Of a DNA stretch of 64,000 nucleotides, positions 43,884 through 55,627 are shown piece by piece. The notes beneath the pieces were generated by a model. That model was not told the origin of the DNA. It ran no database searches and was given only the letters and a program-made list of their open reading frames with translations. The translations under genes and the position numbers were made by a program. How positions within the stretch are numbered: position 1 is the stretch's first letter; every line of letters begins with the position of its first letter. The stretch is taken from contig OX442314.1 in the NCBI GenBank assembly GCA_949358305.1, positions 27,032,001 through 27,096,000 on the forward strand, given 5' to 3'. The DNA comes from Strigamia acuminata. Lineage: Eukaryota.

Positions 43884-46800
43884 CTAGCGGCGATCTTGAA
43901 TCAGATGTATAAAATCTGTTGTGCATTCTTGATCTGTCGTAGAAATTCGCTTCGTACGAGGTTGCAGTTGTGAAAGTTCACAACTTCTTTTCCTTTTCCT
44001 AAGGTTATAATCATGTTTTGGATTATTAACTACGATGTCGCTTTCTTTTGAAGCGGGTGTTGTAACTTCTTCGGGATCTAATTCCATATTAGCAGAATTA
44101 TTTCCTAATTCTTGATTATTTAATTCACTTGAATTATTTACGGTTGAACTTTCGTTCATCCAATCAGGGTTTGGGTGATTCTCTACTCTTCCACTCTTTT
44201 GGTCGAGTGTCCAAGTCTCAATCGGGTAAGATGGGATATAAGGTGAGAGATCATCAGTATTTATGGATGGTTCTATTGATCCATCAACTAATTTTCTCAA
44301 CTTATAAGCACCTCCAGGTAAAACTTCCGTAATTTCCCACGGTCCATCTCGTTTCTCGGCGAAACCTTTAGTAATTCCTTTCTCTTTATTTGAAAGGATG
44401 TGAGTGGCTTTCCATACCAAATCACCGACAGTATATTCACAAATGTGAAATTTATTTCTGTGAATCTTGTCGTGTCTCTCATAATTTGCTTGAATACGCA
44501 AATGCATCTCTTGATGTGCTCGACGTAAAATTCCAAGTAAATTATATACGTATTCTTCCGGGTTATTCTTGTCAAATGCATTTGCATGTTGAATGATCCG
44601 AGGATCAAAGGGAAGAGGTACATTTCTTCCTGTGTTCAATAAGAATGGCGTTGCGCCTGTAGCTTCTGATTTAGCCGTTCTCGAGGCAAATGCAAATTCG
44701 TTTAAGAATCTCGGCCAATGGGAGTGAATGTCTGAATAAAGAGCCAGCATTATTTTGATGTCTCTATTGGCCCTTTCCGTAGGATTGGCCTGAGCGTGAT
44801 ATGGACTCACATGAGCCATTCTGATGTTGTGTTTTTTACAAAACTCTTCATAAATCGTGGATATGAATTGGCTCCCGTTATCACTAACAATTTTCTTTGG
44901 GTATCCCCATCTATGAATCACTTCTCCTAACCTATTCACAATAGATTCACTAGATGCCTTACTTAAAGGGAATAATTCTACCCATTTAGTACATTGATCT
45001 ATAATTACTAATACAAATCTGTATTGGCTTCTTCCTGTCGGTTTGGGACCCATTAAATCAATGCAGATTACTTCCCACGGGTAAGACATGTTATGAGGAG
45101 TGTAACTCGCTCTATGCTTTTTATGTTGACAGGGCTTGTATTGCTGGCAATGAATACAACTTCGGACGTAATTGCGAGTATCTTTATTCATCTTCGGCCA
45201 GTAATATATAAGTTTTGCTCGTTCGAGCGTCTTACTCATCCCTGCATGTCCACTTAATGGATGTCCGTGACAGGCAAACAGTACTCTTCGTACTAATGAC
45301 GGTGGAATGACAGCTTTAAATCCGTTTCCAGAGTCATTCAATTCCTCTTCAAACGTTGGTTTGAAATAAATCAGCATTTCATTACCATTTTCTTCTTGAA
45401 AATCTAATTGGTAACCTTGGACTGCTTTCATCCATTCTTTAGTTTTCTTAAACTTTCTTTGTTCGATTTCATCTCGTTTCAGATGATCGATTATTATTCT
45501 ACACTCTTTGTCGGCTAGTTGAGCTTTTATAATTTCTTCTCGAGTCGGTGGAACTTCCTTTAAAACTTCAGTTAAAGCACTAAATAGTGTTTCTTCTGTA
45601 GCTTCATCCATCTTCTCCCCCTTTTCCAAAGTATTGTATAATAATTTGGAATAATCGAAATGAAGCTGCACATTCGTGAGAAATTGGCAATCTTCTCTAT
45701 TATTCCTTCGAATAATTTCTCGATTTCCGTCCCATTCCGGCCAGAATTGAGTAATCTCGATTGGCTCACAATAATCATTCTCTGGAATGTCTTCGATCTC
45801 CAAAGGCGCTCTCGAGAAGGCGTCGGCAACTTGGTTCTGGGTACCTCGTCGATATTTAATCTTAAAGGCGCCACATTGAAGTTTAATTGCCCAACGACCA
45901 AATCGTCCCGATGGTTCTGGTGTTCCCATCAGCCATTTTAATGCTTCGGCGTCTGATTCCAAAGTAAAAGTCGTATATTCGATATACGGTCGGAATTTGT
46001 CGACTGCCCATACTACTGCTAAACACTCGAGTTCGGGTGTTGAGTAGCGTACTTCTGCCCCTCGTAAGACTCGACTAGCATAAGCTACGGGTCTAGGAGT
46101 CATGATCATTTCTCTTTTTCCTTCATCGAAGAATTCTACATCTTGGCATAACACACTACCAAGTCCATCATGCGATGCGTCTGTCAAGATTACGAATGGT
46201 TTCATCATATCTGGCATTAACAAAACCTGTGTTTCGTCACATAAAATATTTTTTATTGTTTCAAAAGCTTTCTCTTGTTCTTCTCCCCATTCGAACACTG
46301 CTTTATCATGCATCATGCTAGTTAGAGGCCTAGCAATTTTTGCATGTTCGGGAATAAATTTCCGGAAGAAATTTGACAAGCCATGAAATCGTTGAATATC
46401 CTTGGAATTCTTAGGAGTTGGATATTTCCTAACGGATACTATCTTGTCTGGGTCAGGTGCTAATCCGGTTGGAGTTATCAAATGACCCAAAAATTTGAGT
46501 GTAGTTTTTCCAAATTTTGATTTTTCCTTATTTACTGATAAGTTGGCCTTATCTAGTCTTTCCAACACATCTTTGATATGTTCAAGATGTTTCTCCCAAG
46601 TGGTGGAGAAGATTATCACGTCGTCCAAATAGACTAACGCGTGTTTGTATAATGCTTCGCCCATCACTCGTTCCATTAAGAACTGAAATGTACACGGCGC
46701 ATTGCAAAGACCAAAAGGCATGCGGACAAATTGGTAATTGCCTTTCGGAGTATAAAAGGCTGTTTTCTGTCTATCTTCCTCGTCCATCTCGACCTGATAA

Positions 46801-48179
46801 TAACCTTTGGTAAGGTCAAGAGACGTGAAATATTTTGCCTGATTTGTATTGTGGAGTAACAAATCAATACTTGGCATTTGTATGGCGTTAATTTCGGTGA
46901 TTGCATTCAACCACCGATAATCGATACATAAACGATAAGTACCATTTGGTTTGGCTACGATCACTGGATGACTTATGTAAGGTCCAGTAGCTCTTTCGAT
47001 CAAATTATCCGCTTCTAATTCTTCTACTAATTTAGTCATAATGGCTATTTTAGCAGGGTTATACATTCGAAATGGTTGTTTTTTCCACGTTACATCCTTT
47101 TTAAAGGTGATCTTATGCTTTATTATGTTAGTACATCCGACTTTATCTCTAAAGACGTTCTTAACACTAGCAATTACTTCGCGTAATTTACTTTTTTCCT
47201 CATCTGAACAGTCACAATCCTTTACCAGCAATTCTTCCCAATTATCTGGCGTGTGTGTGGCTGTTGCGTTGTCAGTCAACACTTGTACTCGAGCTAAATT
47301 ACAATTTAACTCGTCAGTTTCGTAGGGTGCAGTCCAGTCGGACTTGCTGTCGCAAGTAAATACAGCTCGTGCTGGATTTAAATTAATTTTGGTTCGGCGC
47401 ATAAAATTATGTCCGATAATTAATCCACACACATTATTATCCAAAATGATAAAATTTATTGGTGTGAATTCTGCTCCATCTGCCCATTGTACACACAAAG
47501 TAATTTGTCCTAGTGGAATATGAGTAACTCCAACTGCACAAACTCTCATGTGTTTTGGACAATCTTGTATGAAATCGGGAGATGCACAAGTTTTACTTAG
47601 TAATTGCAACCCAATAAAACACTGTGTGGCTCCTGAGTCCATCAAAGCATTGTAGGTGAGTCCACCTATTGTAATTTTCATTCGGGGGTCGTCGATGTGA
47701 TTTCCCAATTTATTAATTCGTTCGATGCCATCTTTTCGTTTTAACTGATTCTCGTTAATGTAAGATTTTAATCTCGCAAATCTGGAGGATTTGGAGTCGG
47801 GATTCAAATTATCAATCATTGATTGTAAATTCTCGAATACTCCTCCACTAGAACTGGTGGATTCATCACGAATATTAAGGTTGGATGTATCTTGTATCAA
47901 TCTAGCTAAAGATTCGTCCCCCTTATCTAGAGAAAACAGGTCGTCGTGAAAATTCAAGAACGGGTTTGCTGTCTCCTCTGCCGAAAAGGGCGTATTTGAC
48001 GCGATTTTAAACTTATAATTCCAGTTCCTTTTCCGTGTCTTCCGGTTAGGACGAGCACGCTTAATTTCTTTATCTTGAATAGTTAAATTATCCAAAGTTT
48101 CGGAAAGTGCTTGTTCCAAGTCTGGTGGTAAAATTCCTTCGGAATTATTAATAGGGGGCTCGAGGACCCCCGCCACTAG
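43884..48179 (-). CDS. pol: Element C Pol (PR-RT-RNaseH-IN), via -1 frameshift
   Basis: LMDSGA, YLDD, TDAS, HHCC, DDE, RDGPW; slippery site at 48179-48185. Confidence 0.95.
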   Translation of the reverse strand, partial: LVAGVLEPPINNSEGILPPDLEQALSETLDNLTIQDKEIKRARPNRKTRKRNWNYKFKIASNTPFSAEETANPFLNFHDDLFSLDKGDESLARLIQDTSNLNIRDESTSSSGGVFENLQSMIDNLNPDSKSSRFARLKSYINENQLKRKDGIERINKLGNHIDDPRMKITIGGLTYNALMDSGATQCFIGLQLLSKTCASPDFIQDCPKHMRVCAVGVTHIPLGQITLCVQWADGAEFTPINFIILDNNVCGLIIGHNFMRRTKINLNPARAVFTCDSKSDWTAPYETDELNCNLARVQVLTDNATATHTPDNWEELLVKDCDCSDEEKSKLREVIASVKNVFRDKVGCTNIIKHKITFKKDVTWKKQPFRMYNPAKIAIMTKLVEELEADNLIERATGPYISHPVIVAKPNGTYRLCIDYRWLNAITEINAIQMPSIDLLLHNTNQAKYFTSLDLTKGYYQVEMDEEDRQKTAFYTPKGNYQFVRMPFGLCNAPCTFQFLMERVMGEALYKHALVYLDDVIIFSTTWEKHLEHIKDVLERLDKANLSVNKEKSKFGKTTLKFLGHLITPTGLAPDPDKIVSVRKYPTPKNSKDIQRFHGLSNFFRKFIPEHAKIARPLTSMMHDKAVFEWGEEQEKAFETIKNILCDETQVLLMPDMMKPFVILTDASHDGLGSVLCQDVEFFDEGKREMIMTPRPVAYASRVLRGAEVRYSTPELECLAVVWAVDKFRPYIEYTTFTLESDAEALKWLMGTPEPSGRFGRWAIKLQCGAFKIKYRRGTQNQVADAFSRAPLEIEDIPENDYCEPIEITQFWPEWDGNREIIRRNNREDCQFLTNVQLHFDYSKLLYNTLEKGEKMDEATEETLFSALTEVLKEVPPTREEIIKAQLADKECRIIIDHLKRDEIEQRKFKKTKEWMKAVQGYQLDFQEENGNEMLIYFKPTFEEELNDSGNGFKAVIPPSLVRRVLFACHGHPLSGHAGMSKTLERAKLIYYWPKMNKDTRNYVRSCIHCQQYKPCQHKKHRASYTPHNMSYPWEVICIDLMGPKPTGRSQYRFVLVIIDQCTKWVELFPLSKASSESIVNRLGEVIHRWGYPKKIVSDNGSQFISTIYEEFCKKHNIRMAHVSPYHAQANPTERANRDIKIMLALYSDIHSHWPRFLNEFAFASRTAKSEATGATPFLLNTGRNVPLPFDPRIIQHANAFDKNNPEEYVYNLLGILRRAHQEMHLRIQANYERHDKIHRNKFHICEYTVGDLVWKATHILSNKEKGITKGFAEKRDGPWEITEVLPGGAYKLRKLVDGSIEPSINTDDLSPYIPSYPIETWTLDQKSGRVENHPNPDWMNESSTVNNSSELNNQELGNNSANMELDPEEVTTPASKESDIVVNNPKHDYNLRKRKRSCELSQLQPRTKRISTTDQECTTDFIHLIQDRR

Positions 48180-50512
48180 TTTTTTGGAACCGGTGGGGTT
48201 TCAGTAATTGGTGCCGTAGTAGCGTTCTTCGGGTCTAAGAATTTACTAAATAAATCCGACACTGTCTTACTTATCGTTGTTTGCATACTGTTATTCATAT
48301 CAGTTTTTAACTCTTCCATTTTTTGATCAATAGCTTCGGCAGTTACCCAATTTTGGCGTGGTCGCTTAAATTCGTTCGGCTGCTGATTAGCGCTATTGTT
48401 ATTGGAATTATTATTTCCAGGGAAATTATTGCTAAATTTTCGCTTTGGAAGCAGAGGACATTCTCTTTTGAAATGACCTGGTTGTTTACAATGAAAACAT
48501 TTCCCTGTCTGATTTTCCGACATGGCACATAATAAATTATCCATTGATACATTATTCTCTGTCAACTCATTGACTTCCATTATTTCTTCTTCCGGCTCTA
48601 TTTCCATCATTTGAGTGGATCGAGCCGAAGGTCTCATATTTTTGGTATCTTTAGAATACTTCTGGTTGTTAGATACCACTTTATCAATTTCCTTGGAATT
48701 CTCTGTACGGATTCTTTGGGGTTCAAAGAGTGCTCTATTCGTTCGTACGAATTGAAAGATTTTGTCTACTGACTCGCTCCTGTACAGATTTCGATCGATT
48801 AATCTATTGTAACTCGTCCAATTCAGGTTGTCGAAAAGTGTGGCAACATTTCCTCTTTCGGAATACGATCCTTGGGCTTTAGTGAATCTGACTAGAAATT
48901 CATATAAAGGTTCATCGTCTCCTTGGATTACTTTTCGTAAATTTCGGAGTCGAGTAGTTGGAATCATGTCGAATTCTTCACGAAATAATTCTACGAAGGT
49001 TTCCCAGTTGGTAAACTTGGTTTTATTCTCGTCATACCATTGTTGGGCTAATCCGGACAAATAGGTGGGAATACCTTGATTAACCATTTCGTCCAGAGTT
49101 AATCCCTTTGAAATAGCTACAGTTTTAGCTACTGATAAAAATTTATCTATATCCTCCTGTTTTCCATCGAAAACTGGAAGGTCTTGTCCTTTGAAAAAGA
49201 CTTTACTGGGTCCTGGATTATTAGATCGTTGCGGCCCAGTTGTTTGTTGAGTTTGAACGAATGTATCTATTCGACTATCCAATTGTTTTTGGAATTGGGC
49301 GGCCATATTTTGTTGCATTTTCAAAATATAGTCAAATGAAATATTAGTTCCGTCAGAGGGAAGTCTAGTTTCTGTAGAACTTTCTGCCGAGAAATGTGAG
49401 CTTGGAATGTCATCGGTAGATGCACGTGACGGATTTGTCTGGTCTCGGGGTTCACTACCATGGCTAGCCCGAGTGGACGCCGCGAGATTTAGCCGGATGC
49501 TTTCCTGTAAGGTTTTCTCCCGCTTGCGTTGATTGTCTTCAATTCTGTTCACTTCCGCCCACTTCTTATTGTATTGATCTTGTTGCTTTTGGAACTTTTC
49601 ATCGTGTTCCTGTCGCCATTGAGCCCGTAATTGATTAATTAGAATTTTATCGTTTTTGTCTATCGACTTACGAACTTCGTTTTGATTGACAACTTCTCCT
49701 TCAAGTTTATCTTGGCGAATCTTTTCGTCGTTAATCTGTTTTTGATTAATTGCTTCCAGCCTAATTCGTTCCTTTTCCACTTCGTCTAATCTCAATTGTT
49801 CTTGTCGAGTTTGAGGTAAGACTGGAGATGGTAGTGGAGATAATTTCCGTCGAATGGCGGATTTATTGCCTCGCCCTCTAGGGGTTTGTTTGGCAAAATG
49901 TCTCGTCCCATTCTCCGTATAAATATGTGGATTGGGTTGCTTTTTAGCATTTTCAGGTTGAAAAGTTGAAAAATTGGATCCTCCTACCTCCGAAATACTT
50001 GGAGTATTGTGGTAACTGGCGTTGCGGGAGTGAGGAGTTCTATTTCCTAAACTGGACTGATCAAGCGATTCCTTGCTTGATGTTCGAAATAATTCTCGAA
50101 TATCTTGGTTACGAACCGACGGAGTTTTAATTCTTGCTTGATCCCCCAACTTACGTTGTGGAGTTTTAGATCGTGATCGGTTTTCTTCAGACAGATCTCT
50201 TGGCGACGGGATTGGGTCCTTTCCAGAATTATGGTTCGCCGAACTCTCCTTCGAAAGTTCTGCTCGTTTTTCCGGAGTTGGATTAATACGTATGTTACGT
50301 AACGCCCGCTTCGTCACAAATTCAGAAGCTTCGATTATGGTTTTGAACTGAGTTCTATCTAGTTCGTAATGCGTACAAAACTGTGTGAGTTCATCGGGAA
50401 TCATTTCCGTTTGGTCACAAAGTTTTACATAACTTGAATCCAAGCTAACTATTTCTTCTACGGCCTTTTCTTCAGCCACTTTTTCTTCGTTAGGAAGATT
50501 GTTTGGATCCAT
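48176..50512 (-). CDS. gag: Element C Gag, 778 aa
   Basis: LPVFDG, AQQWY, CCHC knuckle CFHCKQPGHFKREC. Confidence 0.92.
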   Translation of the reverse strand: MDPNNLPNEEKVAEEKAVEEIVSLDSSYVKLCDQTEMIPDELTQFCTHYELDRTQFKTIIEASEFVTKRALRNIRINPTPEKRAELSKESSANHNSGKDPIPSPRDLSEENRSRSKTPQRKLGDQARIKTPSVRNQDIRELFRTSSKESLDQSSLGNRTPHSRNASYHNTPSISEVGGSNFSTFQPENAKKQPNPHIYTENGTRHFAKQTPRGRGNKSAIRRKLSPLPSPVLPQTRQEQLRLDEVEKERIRLEAINQKQINDEKIRQDKLEGEVVNQNEVRKSIDKNDKILINQLRAQWRQEHDEKFQKQQDQYNKKWAEVNRIEDNQRKREKTLQESIRLNLAASTRASHGSEPRDQTNPSRASTDDIPSSHFSAESSTETRLPSDGTNISFDYILKMQQNMAAQFQKQLDSRIDTFVQTQQTTGPQRSNNPGPSKVFFKGQDLPVFDGKQEDIDKFLSVAKTVAISKGLTLDEMVNQGIPTYLSGLAQQWYDENKTKFTNWETFVELFREEFDMIPTTRLRNLRKVIQGDDEPLYEFLVRFTKAQGSYSERGNVATLFDNLNWTSYNRLIDRNLYRSESVDKIFQFVRTNRALFEPQRIRTENSKEIDKVVSNNQKYSKDTKNMRPSARSTQMMEIEPEEEIMEVNELTENNVSMDNLLCAMSENQTGKCFHCKQPGHFKRECPLLPKRKFSNNFPGNNNSNNNSANQQPNEFKRPRQNWVTAEAIDQKMEELKTDMNNSMQTTISKTVSDLFSKFLDPKNATTAPITETPPVPKN

Positions 50513-51321
50513 TTTATAAAAATATAATTGAATCGGTCTTTTTTACTATTTTAGCGGTGGAAAACTTCGAATCGTAACTAGAATCGGATGGCGCAGTCAG
50601 GATGGTTACTGAAACACGTCTGCTGGTCTGGTCTGGAAGCGAATGATCTCAATCTGATCTGGCTCTCCTTTAATAGCAAGGGGCTGGGGATCCTTAGATC
50701 ACCTAGTTCCTGATTGGCTGGTTCGTTATCAACTGATTGTATAACGAACGTATCATTTTCGTCATCAGTTCTCTACTAAGTCCGTTCTTTTCGACTTTTA
50801 GTCTTTACCGATAAAATAAAATTCCTTCGAGAGATTATTTGTAAATATTCCCAAAATTATATATTTCATAAAAATAAAATAAATTCACTTTCAACCTTTG
50901 TCAATTGTTTCCAATTATTATATCTTCTCCTTAATACTGGATTTTACTTTGAAGTTCCATATTCTGCAAGTTTTCTTTGTCTTGCGATTCGTTAAACATG
51001 TTTAAACTTGTCTTACTTTTACTTTTTCACGGAAAAATAAAGTAAATATCAAAATATAACTATTCTGTGTTTTATATCCATCAAATTCTCCGAAGCTTTA
51101 GTTTTTAAATACTTCGATTAAATCTATCTCAACCATCGTGTGATAGATTTAGAATTCCTGGTTGCAATTCCTTCGTCCAGAATTGTATTATTCATTTTCT
51201 TCGAGAAAACAGAATGTACTTTCTAAAACTGCAATTTGTAAAATTTATTTACAAAATTTTTTAGCCTTATTTATCTCAAAAAAATTCACTTTTACAATTC
51301 AATCGAATTAATTGCAACCTA

Positions 51322-51339
51322 ATCTCGGTGGGACCTCCA
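51322..51339 (-). promoter_or_regulatory. Primer binding site of C, tRNA-Gln type
   Basis: Same 18-mer as in A and B. Confidence 0.85.
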
Positions 51340-51341
51340 CG

Positions 51342-53097
51342 TGTGACGGTGACGACCACAACTCCCATTTAACAATGGTACCGGGAAGAGATCGCAATAA
51401 ATAAACAGTGAATACAATACGAGATAAATACAAGACAGTTTATTGTTGGCAAACAATATGGATGAGCTAAATTATACATAGGACTAATGCCGACATTTGG
51501 CAAGTTAACTGACTATTAAACTATACAAAGCATAGGCCAATTGGTCCTAAAATAATATCATTACGTGTCTGGGATAAGGGAGCGGTTTCCCCATCGCTCG
51601 ACCTGGTTTACAGATGTCATCTAAGTCGGATGGCTGTGTCCTGGAGTCCGATATGGCTTCGCTGGTTTCCTTGGTTCGCTGTGTAAATTATCACACGTCG
51701 ATAAATCGAATGATCTGAGCATTGCGGTTGACTTTGTCTGCACCGCCACAACTTTGGGAGGATATTGGTGTAAGTAAATGTATTCATTTTACTTATCAAT
51801 ATTCCGCTTATGAATTATATTTAATTCATATCGTTGTGAATTCTTATTTAGATATTTTTGTGGATAAGTTGTCATCAACTTATCAGTTACATTTGCGTCT
51901 TTGATGTAATCGTGATCGTAATTAAGTCTTCTGACTTGGTTAATCAACTTGTCGCCAAGTTAATATTTAGCTGTTATAAATAAAATGAAGATTAGGCTTC
52001 CCGTCGCAACACACAATTGCCGTCGAAAGAAAATATACGCCTTGCAATGCAGAACGGTATCAAGCGTCCCCTGCGTCGCGACACGGTCGTTCGTCTGGCG
52101 ATTGACGGTATCACGTACACAGGAGTCGATAGCTCGCGGCTCCGCACAGCAGTATAATCTCTCGCGGTACTAATAATAGACCGACTACTTTGGCATCGAA
52201 TACCATGAGAATCAGCTTGCCAAACACTTGGTGCTACTCGTGGTTACTGTAAAACAGACTGCTTTGGCACCATCCGGTGAAGGAACTAATTCTCAACAGC
52301 AACGATGCTACTTGCGGTAACGGAATACGTTCATACCGAGAAAGACCACATGGTCCTGTCCGGAGGATACTGAATTGCACAACGGCGGGTTCTCCTTCGG
52401 CGTCGCAACCGTAAACTGTAACATTTATGCAACATAATGATCCCAGCACTTCGACTTCAATTGCCGGCGGTGGCATGATTCTGTAGAATCATGCAACGGT
52501 TCTTTGTGAATAAATCAACAAAGAACCAAAAGGTTTTTTTACGTGAACAACGAATCATATTTCTTAAGTAACAATACCAAACAGAAAATAATCAAACAGA
52601 GCTGCCGGATGGCCGGTTGTTTGGGTTTATATAACCTGACTGGATTAGAGATTAATCCAATCAACCAATTGGAACATGGGTTCCACGAATCCCTCCAATC
52701 CCGTATCGCCGGAAGTGGATACGGAGGAGCAATATGCTAATTCACACCACAACCGGAACTGGATACCCAGGACCGGAAATGGATCCACCAATCACATCGA
52801 TCGGTTGATCGATGGATTATCAAATCTCCATTTCTGCTGAACTAGAGATTCCCATCACTTAGTGTGAACAATAATTATTAATATATATTTATATTAATCC
52901 TAATAAAGTGTCGTTTCATACAAATAAATATATTCTTATATTTATTTACCAGTTTTCTTAACTCGCAATTCGAATTTACCGCTGAATTATAATCGCGCCA
53001 TCTAGTGGCGACTCGGAGCATTGACAAATGCGGGTTTCGCAAAAAACACTTAAAATTCGGCCGTGTTATTAATAAATAGCACTTATAAACCGTCATA
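51342..53097 (-). repeat. 5' LTR of element C
   Basis: Direct repeat of 39133-40888. Confidence 0.95.
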
Positions 53098-53101
53098 AAG
53101 G

Positions 53102-54042
53102 TTATCCATCGCCGGGAAATTACTCCACTCGGTTCTGGCTGGCGGGAGAGTAACCGGGAAATTACTCCGCGTCGATTACTCTGATAATGCGTCTGTGAAA
53201 TATAAATACTCCACTCTAGATTCTACATTACCAATGCGTCTGTGAATTTTACTCCACTCTAGATTCTACATTCTACAACGGAATGTTGGCATGAAGCTGG
53301 AGGGAGTGCGTCTGTGGGTTGTACCCCACTCTAGATACTACACTTAAATGTGTCTGTGAATTACTCACTCTAGTTACTACATTTCTACAACGGAATGTTG
53401 GCATGAAGAGGCGGGCAGTGTGTCTGTGAGTCTTCTACCCACTCTAGATACTTACACTAAATACAAAGTATTTCTACAACGGATTGTCGGAACGCAGAGA
53501 AGTATAATATGTGCTCAAGTAATATCAGTATCAAACAAAAACAGAACAAGAGCGAGCTATATCCGTTTTGCAGGGGGATATATACTCGGTGAGGAGAATA
53601 GCTGTTCAGTGATCCAATGGGATCACTGGGCAGTCAAATCCATCCAATCCCAGATCATAGGAAGTGGATACTCAGGACATAGTCTTCTACTAGGTCCACT
53701 ACAGGAACTGGATACGCAGGGCACACTTTGGATTAAGTCCCTTTGACTATAATCCAAAAGGAGTCCAACTCACAGTGGGTGATGAAGGGTGACTTCACCA
53801 GGTGTAAAGTTTGCACATAATTCAATAGAATTATGTGACAAATAAATCAACTAGTATTTAAACATCCAAAAAGTATTCAAAAGTGTCCAAAGTTGCAGTG
53901 GAATAAAATATAAATAGTAATTTATATTTTATTCACTCAAAAATTGTCGAAATTTGAAATTACCGCTAAAACGCATCAGCGCCATCTATTGGTGAAATAA
54001 TCGTCCTATATTATCAAAGTGTATGACAGTGTAACCGTCACA
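53102..54042 (-). repeat. 5' LTR of element A, second part
   Basis: Matches 12785-13725. Confidence 0.95.
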
Positions 54043-55627
54043 ACATTCTATTGTTACTGTCGCTTTAGAAGTAAATGAATATTGTTGTAACAGAGTTGTT
54101 AAATAAAGAAACATTTCCATTCGGGTCAGTGCCGCTCCAATGCATTGCCGCTTACCTACATAAATAAAATTGTGGTCACAGATAATACAACTGTAATTTG
54201 GAAGTTATGTTAGCTTACCTATGGAAAATGGAATCAACTCTTCCATGTATTTAACTTTATAATCTTCAGTAAGAAAGCGTTCTGGTTTGAAACACTCTGG
54301 TTCTGGAAACAAGTTTGGATCGTTGTGAACTGCATATGCATTGCCGTATATGGTTGTCGCCTTTGAAATAAAATACCCAGCTAGTGTTGCATCTTCACTT
54401 GCACTACAGAAAATTACAGCTTATTGAAAGAATTCAACTTGACGTTTACGAATGTAAAGTTTGTTTCAGTGTAAGTACGGCACTCCTCCTATTGGCATAT
54501 GGGGTATACAGCATAACAATATTATAACCTAGGTATAACTCTGAGAACTATACTCTGGCTCATCGTAAGAAGCAGACCAGTTCCTATTGGCCGAGCCTAT
54601 TCACTGGTGTAGGGCTACATAAAAGTAGGCCAAACAGCAAACGTTCGAGTTACGGGAAGCCATTTTGTGTCCAGACGAAACAATCAAACATAACCAATGG
54701 GGATGTTCTATATCCCACTAGCCCGTAGAAGGTGTGCCATACTTACAATAAAACAGACTTTAGGTGTATTTATTAAGTCTTTGTATGAAAGCGACTATAC
54801 TCACGTGTGAGGAGAGAGTAAAGGTACGAGCGAGATCATCCTGCTTATTTCCAGTAAGGTCGCTTGAGTGTACGGCATTAACCTTTGATCTGACATTGAT
54901 GGTTGTCTATCCTTTCCAATCACTTCGTCAATTTCCGTTTGCACTTTTGCTTGCACATGAGGGTACTTTGTCATATACAAAATAGCCCATTCCATACTAG
55001 TGCTTGATGTGTCACTTCCAGCAATAAACAATTCGCTCAAAACCTTTGCCAGTTTTTTTTCTAGAAATGGTAATGGATAAATAATACTGTATGCTCAGTT
55101 TCAAATAGTCAACTTGGATTGCATGTTCTCTGATTAGTGGATTCTTTGAGTGAATATAGTTTAATTTATACAAGTAACCGCATGAATGTTTACCATTAAA
55201 GTTGGCTGGATTTGTATTCAGTTTCTTAGCTTCAGCTCTCCAAACATCAATAAAACTTTGTTGGTTGTTTATGCCTTTGTGAATTTGGTCGTATTTTTGA
55301 ACTTCATCTAGGATCTTTCTGTACAGCAAAGTTCCTTTATCTCTGTAGAAATAAATTTTAGAAAAAAATCTTTAAAGTGCAGTTAAGTTTAATGGCGTTT
55401 GGCACTGACACTGGTTTAGCGATTCCAAGAGCATTGACTATCCATTGTGGCAGAAATTGCGACCATTGATCTATTCCTATCGAATTTATAAATTCGTCGG
55501 ATAACTTTAAGAGTTGTTGAAAATCTTTATTCTCGTAGTCCATTCTTTCTCCATACATGATGGTGCAACTGACATTAGTAATACTTTTTTTAAGCATTTC
55601 TCGGAAGTAAGATGGTTTTCCGTCCAA
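54043..55627 (-). pseudogene. Cytochrome P450 gene 2 (paralog of gene 1), exons 4(part)-8(part), disrupted by LTR insertions
   Basis: Exons 55410-55627 (cut by D), 55194-55342, 54805-55060, 54219-54403, 54043-54155 (cut by A). Exons 5-7 have the same lengths as in gene 1; AGSDTS, EISR, FKPERF, FSIGKRQCIG present. Confidence 0.9.
54470..54747. mobile_element. Possible small MITE in the intron of P450 gene 2
   Basis: 14-bp imperfect inverted ends TGTAAGTACGGCAC / GTGCCATACTTACA; no clear TSD. Confidence 0.4.

Larger units (their letters stand above)
39133..53097 (-). mobile_element. Ty3/gypsy LTR retrotransposon C (related, distinct family), nested in the 5' LTR of A
   Basis: TSD AAGG (39129-39132, 53098-53101); 1756-bp LTRs; PBS 51322-51339; PPT 40889-40898; gag, pol, ORF3. 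Confidence 0.95.
12140..54042 (-). mobile_element. Ty3/gypsy LTR retrotransposon A (outer; 13,960 bp net of nested B and C)
   Basis: TGTGACG...CGTCACA ends; TSD ACAT (12136-12139, 54043-54046); 1586-bp LTRs; PBS 38468-38485; PPT 13726-13735; gag, pol, ORF3. Confidence 0.95.
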
